A stretch of 64,000 nt of DNA, taken from positions 5,976,231-6,040,230 of the forward strand of contig NC_134033.1 in assembly GCF_964204645.1 (NCBI RefSeq). The letters are read 5' to 3'. Positions 19,193 to 32,950 of this stretch are shown here, piece by piece (the stretch's first letter is position 1; each line of letters starts with the position of its first letter). The notes beneath the pieces were generated by a model. It had not been told where the DNA came from, ran no database searches, and was given only the letters and a program-made list of their open reading frames with translations. Source of the DNA: Tubulanus polymorphus. Its lineage: Eukaryota > Animalia > Nemertea. Position numbers and translations under genes: made by a program.

Positions 19193-22100
19193 TATCATTG
19201 CGTGGCGAAATTTTACTTCATTACCATTTTGTATATTCTATATTCATACTACATATTGATATGCAAATTTCTACCATAAGCCACTATATACATACTATGT
19301 AGGGTACTAAATAGGTACGTAGTGTGTAAATCGGGTACTTAAATTTTGAACTTTAAATTTTGAACTGTATGCATTTTTCGACAAACATGCGACTAGACGG
19401 ATTTTAATGGGCAATGTTATCAATTGGTTGCAATAGGACGACTGTAAAACTTGCTTAAGAATGAACATTTGAAACAACTTAGTAAAAAAAGTGAAATTAT
19501 TGATTGATTAGCAAGTCACGGTATCATTCTATTCAATCAAGGCATCATTTCACTGCATAAGATTCAATCAGAATTTGATCGCCATCAACACCAAGGGATG
19601 ACGTGGAGGCGTTGAGACGAGAACGATGTAAAGCGACAAATATTCCACGCGCACTGTTGTATGTCTCGATACATTCGCTACATTCATGTCACTAAAGGCT
19701 GTACCCACCTCATTGAATGTTAGGTTCAAAATGATACCTCTTTTCTACGCAGCGACCGAGTTGGAAAAAATCATGCTGAAAATTTGTAAAAATAAAATCC
19801 TGCCTGCGTGGTGAAGAGTTTCCATAAATCTCTGCTTTTTTTCTATAAATATCTTGCATTGTTTGTTCTGCTTTGTGCAGATAGCTAACTTTCATAGTGC
19901 CCGCAACAGGGCTAAGGTAGAGATAACTTATCAGATCTTATCGTAGAAATATTCCACGTCGGTTTTTGCGACGGTAATCGGCAAACCGTGTCAGAAGGAG
20001 AGCGTTCTTTGAACGAAACATCCGGCTGTAATAGGAATTACGAACCCCTAAAGTATCTTATTAATCATGCCAGCACTTCAATAGTGATGAATAAAGGTTG
20101 GTTTGATAGAAGCTTTCAACGGAGTGATTTTTCCTTTAGGATCAACTGTGTTGATCCTTATGGAATGGTCATGAGGGTAACTTTCTGTTAGCCCTTGGTG
20201 GCACAAAGTGTAACCAATGGATAAACACAAATGATATTTTGTCATTAAGAGGGAAATAGGTATTGGAATTGATATGGCAAGTTTCGTCCATCAGCTCTAA
20301 GCCGTTTGGAAGTGCTAGGAGAAAATGTGCAAAACCTCAATGAATTTATTCCCATTCTTCTAATCGATGCTTGACCTTGTTTCCTGACATTACAGAGAAA
20401 TCCCTTCGGAAGGGTATCACTTGGAAATCCCTCTAGATGGATTTTCCCAGTGACATCATTATCAAGAACTGTTCTACCATGTACTTACGACTTATAGGGA
20501 AAACCCATTACTAAGTCTTATCATCGAAGTTCAACATGCTTACTACACAGTCTACGATGATTTCATCTTGATCAGCTGTTAATATATTATTGCAAATCCA
20601 AGAACAAATCAATTTTTGAGCTTAAAACTAAAATGTACTCATTTGATCCTACTGGACCCATGGTCATTTATGGTTAACATGCAAACGAGTGACGATGGTT
20701 AACATGATGTATCAACGCAATGAGTACCAGAGTGAAAATATGAAAACGGAAAAAGCCTTGATATATCATAATTACATTTGAAAAACAGATACTTGGGCGA
20801 TGCTAAAGACCCAGCGCAAACGGCAGGGAAAAACCGTTTTATCCTCGTAAAAAACGTTTTCAGTGTATTTTGTTATGTTCAATGCGTTTATAATTAAAAC
20901 TGAAAACGCCGGACAGAAAAATGCGAAAAAGCATCGCTCGGTTCGCGAAAAAGTTGTGTAAGCCAATTGTCCTATTTCTAGTTTCAGTATTGTTGTGATG
21001 ATGTTTATCGACCAGTGATGTGGATCCGGGTCGGGTTCTCCAACTAGCGTTGTGCTAATGATTTCTCTCGACGATGTTGCGAGGGACACTCTCTTATGCC
21101 GGATAACAGTCCTTGGTCTTGACTTTCTTATAAGGTTCCCGTATATAACTTAACAATTTCTTAAGTTATTTATTCGTTTATTTTCTCTTACCAGATGTAT
21201 ACAAGATCATTCCCCGGAGCTCCCGTGCTTACTAAAACCTCCCTATTTATATTACTTTCTCTTTAGTAACGTGCGCAGGCCCTCTTCCACACAGGGCTTG
21301 TGACGTATTCATACGTCACAACATTCCTCCCATCCATGTATGGGCGATGACGTATCTGCATACGTCACAATTTTCTATTTATATATTTTTGCACTCATCA
21401 GAGCTCATGGCCGCACCATATTAGTTTTACCTACATAGACACATACGTCACTTCCAGACTTGTTTATTTATATCATTTCTATTTATGTTTATGTATGACG
21501 CACATTTCCACGCAGGTTGTCTGGCATTCCAACACTTGCCATGAACTCCAACTTCCGTGCATTACTTGTTGATATCGTTTAAACGCTGATAACTGAACCC
21601 TACTAATATGTTCCCGAAAGCTTGTTGGTATGATTAATGAACGCCCAATAATATATGTCCTAAAAGTCTTCATAATAGTATCACAAGCGATTGCCAAATA
21701 TATTGATTAGTTCTTTCGCAAACTTGTGTTGATTGCGGATGGTACGGAGCAGTGAAATGTTGCTTTAAATAAAATAATTCAAGAAGATGCGAGCCCTAAC
21801 TAACTTAAACAGTTTTCCCGCGATTTTTTTTTTGAGAAAATCTTCGCTACCTCTTATGTTTACTGAGTTTTGGAGGTAAAGCCTCGGTCCATTTACTACA
21901 GCTAGCTACCAGCTACCAGGATATGCTTATTACCACAGGGAGTCTCCGGAAGATTGCGAAGGAAGTCAATATGCCATCTGGTGAAGTCTTCGATCGGAAA
22001 TGTTTGTAGAGGCGGCGTTGGAATACTTTAAGACTATGGTAATTTTGTTTGACCTGTTCGCAATTTTCACAAGTTGAAACGTATTTCTCGGAGTGTTCTT

Positions 22101-23885
22101 TACATAGATTTCCAATGATATCTATTGCGATAAACCCCCAACGATCTCAACATTGGTGACAAACTCCACCCAAATTGTATATACTTTGAGTTTGTTTAAT
22201 GAATTTTATTTAAACTTAAAAAGTGTAAATAGCTGCAAATCAGCGTAACGGGTTTTCTGCGCTGCAGTTCCATTTCATAATCAGAAATGAAGGGAATTAC
22301 AGAAATCCAATATTGCATTTTGGGGGTTTGAACCTAATTTCGCACCACTGGTACTATACAATCCTGAAAATTTAAAACGAGGATGCTTCAAGTTATAGTA
22401 CTCATGTAACTATAGTAATTTAACAGTAACTATAGTAATTTAACAGTTTATTTCGTCTAATCTGAGTGAGAACAGAATTCCAGTTTGAATAGGCCTACAA
22501 CAGCAGTTTCGTCACGGCGGTATTGGTAATGGACGATTCAAGATGACATCTCCGTGAAATAGCCAATCAGAACTAGTCGTAACGTTCACTGCAAGAGGAT
22601 ATGCCGTGAAGTGACAATTAAGTCCGGTGAGCCACGAGAGGAGGGAACTTCAATTTACATATGGAATTGACGTCCAAGACTGATTCTAACAACAATAATC
22701 GCAAACGGTACTATCACTTAAATTACGGATCGTATCACAGCTGCTACAGACAGTCTTCATATTTAGTAATTGATGCATCGGGTAGGTATTTCATCTGACA
22801 TTGGGCCTAATATCAGCGATGATATCTGTAATTTGCTGAGACTGATTAGTATGACCGCCGATGCGACACACACGGAACAACGGAATCCGGACGTACCGGA
22901 CCGATTCAATTAAATGTAAAGACGCGTAGAATGAATAAACCTTTTTGAATATTCTTATGATTGATTTACGCGAACAAAAAACAGCGAACTGAATACTTTT
23001 GAAATGCATATATATTGCGTTTTTCACTGTTGCGTGTTTGCGTACGAGTCAGAATGACGAGCATTCCGTATTTTAGTCCATTTATGTTATTTCGTGAATA
23101 AATGTCAAGTCCACGTTTTTTCCTGGGTGCGTGTGAGTATTGAATATCTGAAGGGACATGCCGATAGCCATCGCTAAGTAGATTTCCACCGGTGTTGTCT
23201 GACGGTAAGTCTCAGATAGGACGTACAGTATAAAGCATGCGTTTTCAGAAGGACCGTGATATTTCTTTCAGAATCCAACATTTCGTTTGGAAGCTGTCAG
23301 TTATTGAATCTGATAGTTGAATTTTATGTACGAAACTAAGTGAAAAATTTATAATAATGATAATTATCAACAAAATTCCAATATAACGCAATTTGCAAAA
23401 ACCCTTATTAACGTACAATTACAATCAGCTTTCGGGAATTAATACCGAGTTCCATAGCAAAATGTAAGGCTAAAGCCAACTTGTGTTTCCATAACTTTCT
23501 TCATTCGACAAGAGCTACGTTTCACCAAGTTTCATCAGGATCGGTTCAGAGGTAATTAAAAACTTTACATTTCAGAGGTAACTAAAAACTTCTTCGTAAG
23601 AAGTATCTTCATATTAATCTTTGTAATGAAATGGGTTTCCAACCTTACTGAGACGGTGGTCGTATGTGATTGTCCTGATGACAGAAAATAATCCGTTATA
23701 ATATCATTCCGACAGAAAGTGAAAAGAACTGGTACAATTCAACCGGTTCAAATATTTTTACTTTACGATTTTCACCATTTGAAATGTATTCTTGTATATA
23801 TTCATATTAAATTTGATTACATAAGGCCATGCAAAACATGCGTTTAACTTTCTGCGCGCGTGTAAAACGTTTGTCAGTAAATAGT

Positions 23886-24690
23886 AACTAGAATGTCACT
23901 GAAGACGACTGATGCCCCCACTGATGTCCCCACGTCAGGTGAAACACCTGAGTGTAAAATACACCTCGAGCGTAGGTCGACCTATTTATGAAGGCAGGAA
24001 ATGAAAAATACGAAACGGCTTCTGGTGACCTTGACTTTTGACCATCAGGACTCGAAATCTAATCAGTCACTCATGGTCTCTAGGGTAACCCATTCATAAA
24101 ATTTCATACAGTTATCTTATACCGTTTATGAATTAAGAGCCCAGAAATGAAAAATACAAAACAGCTGCTGGTAACCTTGACCTTTGACCTACAGGACCCG
24201 AAATCTAATCGCTCACTCACAGTCTCTAGGGTAACCCATCCATAGAATTTCAGTATATTTAAACCGTTTATGAGCCCGTTTATGAAATTTACAAAATGGC
24301 TCACAGCGACCTTGACCTTGGACCTACAGGACCCGAAATCTTACTCACAGTCCCTAGGATAACACCTTCATAGAATTTCAGTGAGTTAAACCGTTTATGA
24401 GTTGGAGCCCAGAAATGAAATTCACAAAAATGGCTTCCTGCAACCTTGACCTTGGACCTACGGGCCTGAAATCTAATCAACGGTCCCTAGGATAACCCAT
24501 CTATAGAATTTCAGTAAGTTATCTTAAACCGTTTATGAGTTATGGGCCGGAAATCGACATATTTATGAAGGCAGGAAATGAAAAATACGAAACGGCTTCT
24601 GGTGACCTTGACCTTTGACCTTCAGGACTCGAAATCTAATCAGTCACTCATGGTCTCTAGGGTAACCCATCCATAAAATTTCATCAAAGT
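23886..24690 (+). mobile_element. HINE/Helentron-like non-autonomous element with TGACCTTGACCTTTGACC tandem array of about 145 bp, 3'-truncated
   Basis: AACTAG start; about 5 degenerate units with core motifs near 24026, 24172, 24308, 24443 and 24603. Confidence 0.6.
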
Positions 24691-25470
24691 TCTGACACAA
24701 ACTCCATATAGCGAATTAAACAAAGCCAGCAGTTGCTCTAGACATGACAGGAGATCGATGGCGTGTTCACGGATTTGTCAATTTCGGGATTTATCAGTTT
24801 CATTTGCATGAAAGATCTGCGGATCACACTCGATGCTCGAAATAGTCAAATGATTAGCCAAAACTCCTACGTGATCTAGCATCATATCGTTAGAAGCATG
24901 AAGATAACAAGCCTTGTCGATATTGGTCACAGTTGTACTCAAAGTGGCTGAGTTTTACCATTCTGGATCCCTTGATTCGATATAAAACCTTGTTCCTGTT
25001 CAATTTTCGTCAAAAGCCATTTTTCCATTTTCCATTAGCCAGTGGGTATTGCTAGCCTAGCTTGGTCCAAATTGGAATATCAAAATCAGAATTACAGAAG
25101 AATACCATAAAGACTATCTTTATCTTTTTACGGTCATGTGATTGACTGTATTTAATTTTATTTGAATATATTGATCAAAATGGAAATCTTTTGGTTATAT
25201 GTTTCCAATGGACAGAAATGGGTATAATATACTGCGATATCGTTTCTAGAATTAGATACATAGTTGAATAAATGATGCAGCAATTACATGGTCAAATCAT
25301 TTTAATCTTTTGTCCATATTGTTAGAGCCGGCACTCGTACCCCTAGCTAGATTTAAAATAAAATGAGAGAAAATATCTTACATTTCTATGAATGTAAATG
25401 AAAAGCAATTGAGAACTTTAGATCGAGAATGAAAGTTTGAAAAAGCTGCCACGAGTACCAATTTAACAAT

Positions 25471-28400
25471 CTATTCGCAAACGGTAATTTTAACCTCATC
25501 CATAATCATGGTAAGCTGATTGAAATCAGAGACTTGAATTTTATTTTGCGCTTTCGGGGGAGAAGCCATCGACTCGAGTGACGAATCGTCGATTTCTGAA
25601 CCAACGCCAACCGCTATCACCGTCGCACCGGTCTTGTGTAGTTTCTTGATTGCTTTCGGTAGATGTTTTTTGTCGCTTGCCTTTCCGTCTGTGATAATCA
25701 CCACCAGATGTTTCGCATCTTGCCGGCTTTCTGTTTCCAAGACCTTCTTACGGACAATTTTGAGGGCCTTTGCAGTGTAAGTAAGACCACCTGAAATACC
25801 GAGTGAGAACTCCTAGATATAGTATTTACACAGGGCGTCCCAGAAAAATGCCAGTCGCTGCAACTTGTTAGTATTAATCAATAGAGTTATCTGTTGAATC
25901 TATTTTAGCAGAAACGAGCCATTGCGCACCAGCAATAGCTGAGGTAAGGATCCCCTCAAAAAAATTGCCCTTTATGCAAATAGTATTGTTATATCGAATA
26001 GCGATGCATTTTTCTGGTTTTTCTTCCCCTCCCCCAGCAAAAAATATATTCAAATGCATTATATGGCCCAGGTATACCGTATACAAGCATGGATCTTGCT
26101 ACTTATTATTTACCTGTGTACCTTACTGCACCAATAGCACTCACGAGGTCTGCTGCCGTAGAATAGTCGTTCAGGTAGAATACAACGTCAACTTTCTTCT
26201 TGTCAGAATAACGGACTAGAGCTACGCGCACTTTTTCGGGACCGATTGGCATATCGGAAACAACCTTCCGCACGAAATCGAGCATCTTCTCAAAGTTTTC
26301 ATTCTTAACGCTGCTGGAGGCATCGAGCACAAAAACGATGTCGGCATGGAGCGTTTCCTTGCATTCTAAAAGACACAAGAGAAATCGAACAGTTTTCTCT
26401 GGTTGCTTTCTCGCACTGGACGATATGTCCGCTCAGGCCAACTATAAGATCGAAGGGTGAAGTTTTCCCACGACGAACCCATCCTACACATCTAACATTA
26501 TCACTTAGGCAGTAGGCCACAATATCTTGCAACAATGTGTTTAAGTACAGGTTATTAAAATACCCTTTTTATCTCAAACACTTTGAAAAGCGGTTGACCC
26601 GTGCATTTTCATCGATATCACTTTACTTTAAAAATCGTTATCAGCCTTTACAAATCGTTTACACTGCATTCGACACGGCGATAGAGGGTGATGTCACGAA
26701 TAATGAAATACGGTTCCAAACTCCCTATTGTATTAAAAATAAAATTAATTGAAATTGAATCAAGGTCGTGTGGATAAACATTCTTATGAATAAAGTTAAA
26801 AACAGATACAGATTCGGCGAGCACGATACTGAGAACTAGAATAGATTCGGCGAGTACGATATTCGATACAGGTACACTGCAGCACGAACTTCCACGCGAC
26901 CTTGATTCAATTTCAATTAATCTTATTTTATCCATTAAAAGTAATTAATTTCCGGTTTACAACTATGCCCTAGTATCGCCACCTACAGATATTTTTATGC
27001 ATCGATGTGTTTTTTACGAAAACACGAGTTTATCTTTTTGTTAAACAGCGCCACCTACTGACATTTTCACGCATTGATGTCATTTTCACGAACACAGGAA
27101 GTTTGTCTTTTTGGCGGGGATGGCCGCCCATAGACACCGGATGCTAGTTTAAAGTTCTGCGGTGAAAATATATCCAGTTTCGACGTCTAAGCAGACTTTG
27201 TGGAGAATATCTGATAGTATAATCTTATTTTCCGAGCTCAATTTGATGTTAGCGCTTAGAATGTCCTAACTATCTAGTCTGTATTTGGAACAATTTCGAA
27301 GGATTGTATTTTTTTCAGTTATACGGTTTTTCATTTAACCAACAAATACTTCATCATTTTGTATACAACTGCTGTTAGTGTGCAAATCGGTTGATGATAT
27401 TGCACGGCTCTATCTTGTTTTCTGAATGAAAGTTGTGACCTGTACGCTCACAATAGAATTACCGGCAGTGAGATAATAATAAGTATTACACCGAGAAGAT
27501 ATTTGTAAAATTTGGAAATAGATGCTCACGTTTGCTACACACTTCACAAGTTTCCTGGCAGTGGTACATCATGTAATATGGGTTTTTGAAGCACCCTCCG
27601 TCTATTGCCCAACGCTTGCATGATTTACTTTCATCTTTACACTCTGTAAGAAAAGATGAGGTTGATGTTGATGCAAGTGATGATATCGAGTATATTGAAT
27701 GTAGCTTTCATTGTTCGACGGCCTATGAGCGACCCGACTGGCCGGAAACAAATGTAATGACATTGATTATTGTTAACATTAATCTAATATATCTGTTTAC
27801 GCTTTGAAATGGCTACCAACGAGCTTTAACTATATTTGACTGCGAGAGCCAGTGTGAGCAATCCAAGGAAAATGTTACTAAGAGTTTTTCCACTGGCCAC
27901 CGTCGGCACGATTTACTCGTCCGTTCGGATCACCCATACCCCTACATACAGGCACGGGCGACTGAAAAAAATCCCACTTACCTGCTTTGCACACGTGGCA
28001 GGAATCTTTACATTTCAGCAACATGTATTTTGGATTTTTCAAACATTCCCCCTGTCGCGCCCACTCTGGACATTCAGCGTGTTCGTCCAAACAATTGGCT
28101 GTAAACAAATGTTACGACATAATTAATCGTCTTGTACGGAGTAGATACCAGGGGGTGAGGGCGATTCTCTGCTGAGAAAAAAAATCGAATGCGACGACAT
28201 TTCAATTTACTGAGAGGCATGCAATGTTTTGATTCAGTCACATGGCAAAATTCAGGATTCCAAAACAAGTTGTTTCGTCGTTAGTGAAAGTTGCTACGGC
28301 AGCGGGAAACTGTACTTGAAAATTGCAATTATACCAATTGCCAAGCAGAATAACGCACAAAATGAACGGAACTTACGATTTGTTTGGCCGCATACCTTGC

Positions 28401-31400
28401 ACGCTTTCTGGCATTTAAACATCATATAGGATGGATTCTCGTAGCACTCTCCGAATATAGCCCAACGTGTGCATAACTGGTTTTCGTCTTTACATTCTAA
28501 AACAACACGTATATGTTTCGCAAGACAATGTTATTCTGAGAAAGCCGAGGGTTCTTTGGAAAAACATTGTTTAACGATCTAGAACAAAGCCTGCGGTTTT
28601 TCAAAACGCAGTACAAGAGGTCAGGCTAGAAAAAAATAGGCGTTTTGAAGTCCAGAAACGAGGAATATAAACATACACGTATATACCAAATGAACGATGT
28701 AGAAGGATATTTTTGCTGTGCACAAGGACATTTTTGGCGATAGATGAATTTGGCAGTATTACCGACAGCGGTATAAAAAGCTTGTTATTATATTACTCGA
28801 TGCGAGAGCCGGTGCGCACAATCAAAGAAAAATACCGAGGGCATGATATATTTATCGTATTGGATCATCCACGCCCCTGCTTATATACAGGCGTGAATCC
28901 AACTTACCTGGTTTGCACATGTGGCAGGAATCTTTACATTGCAGCAACATATATTTTGGGTTCTTCAAACATTCCCCCTGTCGCGCCCACTCTGGACATT
29001 GTACATTGTTGTCCAAACAATCGGCTGCAAACAAATATGCACATAATATACTATTAAAGTGGTTAATAAGGGTATTCCCTGCTGCAAAAGAAGTATGCAA
29101 CATCGCATTTTAGTGATGGCCACGCACGGTTTTGATCAGATCGCCACGCCAAATTCAGGATGCCGAAGTTATTTCGAGTTGTTTCGTCGATATTGAAAGG
29201 TGCTACCGGTGCGGGAAACTGCACTGAAAAATTGCGATCATCGTCAGGTGGAATCACGCATGAAATGAACAAAACTTACGATTTGGCTTGCCGCATACTT
29301 TGCATGCTTTCTGGCATTTAAACATCATTTGGAATGGCTTCTCGTAGCACTTTCCTTGTATAGCCCAGCTTGTGCATGATTTGCTTTCGTCTTTACATTC
29401 TGGTATAACAACACGCAATGTTTCACATGACGGAGGGAATGATAAGAAAGCAATGCGTTATTCAATCAAAAGTTGTATAATGATCTTAAATAAAGCCTAC
29501 GGCTCTGTAAACGGCATATGCCATTAAAAATATAGTGTACAAGTTATTGTCAAATTTCATATATTAACAAATATAAAATATGCTTGGTTTAGCGATTTTT
29601 GAGACGTACGACTTGTGAATGGGCACTTTCAGCACGTGCTCAATATTTTTCTTCGGTTAATCATGTGCGCGTTATCTCCGACAAACGCTCACGGCATCCA
29701 GTCAATTCCAGTCACTATAGAAATTTCGTAGGGTGCTTTTGGAATTGTTTCTTTTTGTAATTTTACTACCGTAATTACAGATAGGCTGCGCACACACGTA
29801 CTTAATCATGTGTTGATTATATGAAGGGCGGTAGATGAATGACTGATTTAAGGCTAATTGGATATAAATTTTTCGAATTAGATCCCAGGTCGCTATTCAT
29901 ATACTAAAGTTTCATCTGGTTATTAATTACGGAAAGTATAATATTTTGATGGCTAACCAACTTAATAACGAAGTGCAAAGTGCAATTTTCTGAATCGCTA
30001 AGATTTTCTGAAGTCATCTCGGAATGGACACCTAAACGTGGTTTCAAACTTATAGGTTTACACATGATACCACAACAAGTCTTTTTTTATTTAAAGATTT
30101 AACCTGATTTAAGCGCAAACTTTAAGTATCAGCAATTGAGTGACCAGCGTTACGTGTGTGAGCAGTTCGCAAGACGTCGTCCTGGCTGAAGGCTTCAAAA
30201 TAATCATAAAGCTTACCTTGTTTACAGAGCTCACACGACTTTTTACAATTTATCAGCATATAGACTGGGTTCTTTTTACATTCCTCGTCTTTCGCCCATT
30301 GGGCACAAGATCCATGATTGTCTTCACAATCATCTGTTTGAAGAAACTTACAAGTTATCATTGAAATCAGGAATGCCTGAGCTGCAAGAGTGTGTGTCCA
30401 TCAATAAAGTGACGAGGGTGTATGCGTTAGTATCTTTGAGTGGATCCGGATTCGACAAAGGGGGTTGTAGAAGCAATAGCTATAGGGTTTTATGTGTATG
30501 GAGATAGTGTGTGAGCACGATAGCGCACACTAGATGCGTGCTGGTGCGCACACTGAAGGCTAGAATTACAAGGAGGAAGTATGTTGATAAGAAAGAACAG
30601 CATTTAGTAACTATGATTAATATGTAAGGATTTTAAGGGATGCTTAGTATAGTACAGGAGGGAGTAGAATGGAAGTAGCAGGGATTGATAATACCAAATA
30701 GGGTAAGGCTAAAAGCGGGTGAGGTAGAAACCTCTAGATGCATTTTCTGCATCATACCATTGGAATTTTACATTCGCTGACATAGGAGTAGAACTGATTT
30801 TTTTTCAGAATGATTTTGAGCAGTAGTGTTTTATAAGAAACTTCAGAAAGAATTTCAAAGGGGATTCCAGACACCATCAAATTGCCAGAAAAAATCAAAA
30901 TCATTCACAATGTGCAATGACTCCAAACACAAAGCATTTAGTTGAATAACATAAAAATCACGAACATCAACAATGAAGCAAGTGTTATTTGTAAATTCCA
31001 AACGGAAAGTTTGTGTATGGTCGAAATAAAAACAAAAACGATATCAAGATAAAAACCCACTATCTACAGATTAAAAGAATTTAAAACCAAGAATTTATTT
31101 ATTCAATCTAAAATATATATAAGACACGACGTTTCGATCTCACCCTAGAGATCCTCGTCAGTAGATAGTGGGTTTTTATCTTATTATCCGTTCACCACAT
31201 TTAAGTGTGGTTATCGTTCTAAAAACGATATATTTCTGAACAAAGCTCTAAGTGTTGATATATTTCGTCCTCATGAGAATCTGAACATATATTTCATCCT
31301 CACGGTAAACTGGACATGAAATAAATTTCACTAAGAAAACATCAAGAGGAAATTAATTAAGAGAAAATCTGCAATATGACCGAGTCCCTAGTTTCTTGAC

Positions 31401-31848
31401 CATGATTTCACCTTTACTATTCAGGGGTGGGCGTGGGCGTGAATAGTTACGTTGACTATAATAAACGTATAACGTATAAAGACAACCATAATATCATTTT
31501 GTCAATTTAACATTGATACTATTAATAAATTGATGATAAGCATAGATATTGGAAAATTTAATCCTTTTGCTAAATCGTTCGCTTTTTCACATCACGGTCT
31601 CCAGTGTTAGTTGTTCGTGATTAACGTCAAAAATTTGTTTTCACTTCTGTTAGTAGATAACTTTGTGACTTAAGTCAAACATAAAGTGGTACGAAGATGC
31701 GGGTGTCGATGACTTAATTATAAACTGAATGATAGACTGTCTCCTGTACTTTCGATTATTCTACTTTTCTAAATGTAACACTACCTTCCGCGATCGTGGT
31801 CCCGGGTTGCAAGATGAACACCGCGCACAATAAAAGCGACAATAGCAT
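25471..31848 (-). CDS. Secreted protein, 446 aa: signal peptide, 6 ShKT domains, von Willebrand factor A domain. Exons 31848-31785, 30333-30217, 29399-29280, 29024-28908, 28496-28377, 28098-27982, 27643-27530, 26365-26114, 25790-25471
   Basis: All introns are GT-AG phase 1, giving a 1341-nt open CDS. Signal MLLSLLLCAVFILQPGTTIAE. Six C-x6-C-x2-W-x4-C..M...C...C..C exons. vWA DIVFVLDASSS..GGLTYT..IITDG with intact MIDAS residues. Confidence 0.92.
26737..26930. mobile_element. Short palindromic MITE in an intron
   Basis: ATTAATTGAAATTGAATCAAGGTCGTGTGGA (about 26743-26774) is nearly the reverse complement of TCCACGCGACCTTGATTCAATTTCAATTAAT (about 26891-26921); internal direct repeat AGATTCGGCGAG. 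Confidence 0.55.
31045..31220 (-). mobile_element. Penelope-like pLTR fold-back remnant with TSD
   Basis: 11-bp TSD AAAAACGATAT (31034-31044 / 31221-31231); 22-bp IR 31046-31067 / 31161-31182; homologous to 122-369. Confidence 0.7.
31123..31161 (-). ncRNA. Minimal hammerhead ribozyme-like motif
   Basis: Minus strand reads CTGACGA-G-GATCTC-TAGGGT-GAGATC-GAAAC-GTC-GTGTC: catalytic boxes, 6-bp stem II and a GUC triplet. The 5' strand of helix I is lost. Confidence 0.55.
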
Positions 31849-32950
31849 ATTTGATTTCCTGTGAATATATGAAAATAATGATTGAATAAGTAATTTATTT
31901 CAAAATATACAATACATGGAAATACTGTCAAAATTAAAATAGCATTTTTGACGCGGGGTTGTGTGTGACCTTTGTCGACTAATTTTGGCTTCACCTATTG
32001 CTCTACGATCAGACACTAAAGTTCGTGGTGTAATTCATGCCTGAATTCAGAGACCTACGTCCATTCCTGGAAAGGGTTTGATTCCCTACCGCCAACACAA
32101 ACTCTTCAATGGTGTATTATATTGCCCAAGGTTCGACGGGTTGCTGCTACTAAGCGGCCATCAGTCTGTATTGTAAATTGTGTAGCAATATTACATTGAA
32201 TTGAAACAGCTGCCGAGAAACAAAGGGCTTTCGAAGCAGCGGTTATCTAGGGACGGTGGGCCCGAGAGACCAGGCCCCCATCGAAGTTCCGAACGTTTAT
32301 TTCTTCTTTTCCCGAATGCTGTCCTGCCCCGCTTGAGAATTATGTTGCAATAAACTACTCATTTCCTCTTGAATTAGTTCTAAAATGCGAGGAAATTGCA
32401 CAATTTTGCACATGGAATTTTGAAATATTCTGGCGGATGACCCCCAGATTCGCCACCCTGTGTTGCGCGCCTAATACGGCGCTCAAAATGCGCGCGCCCA
32501 TGGTACGCATTGTGAGCGCTTTAGATTTATCTCTAACAGGCCCCCTCCCCATGACAGCCGTAGATCCGGCCCTGCGGAGGACAGGCAATGCAATCAGAAG
32601 TGAAAAAATTTTTATAAAATGTATTATCAAATTGAATAAAGTGAATTTGATGCGTCAAAAATGCTATTTTAATTTTGACAGTATTTCCATGTCATACGTA
32701 TCAAACTGTTCATAAAAAAGATTAGCAAGCTCTACATTTCGTAAAAGTTAATAATTGAATAATTGACATAAGGATGACACTTAGGAGCCCGTGAAAATGA
32801 AGGGCGGACGGCGTTGTATCGGCACTCCCTTGGAATCCCCTTTGGAATTCCCTTTACCCCGAACACTGGTAGTTTGATAGTGGAAATCAGTTTTGCATTT
32901 TTTGTACCATAAACCATGCATATTCTTATCATTTCACCCGTGTGCTTCAC

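Noticed and set aside
21380-21402. CTGATGAG on the minus strand as a hammerhead ribozyme
   Set aside because: There is no stem II closing onto a GAAA box.
27586-30364. Plus-strand ORFs over the ShKT exons
   Set aside because: Antisense shadows of the minus-strand gene.
32020-32205. tRNA gene or SINE (B-box-like GGTTTGATTCC, ATTGA tail)
   Set aside because: No cloverleaf. It may be an old SINE, but there is no second copy or TSD to support it.
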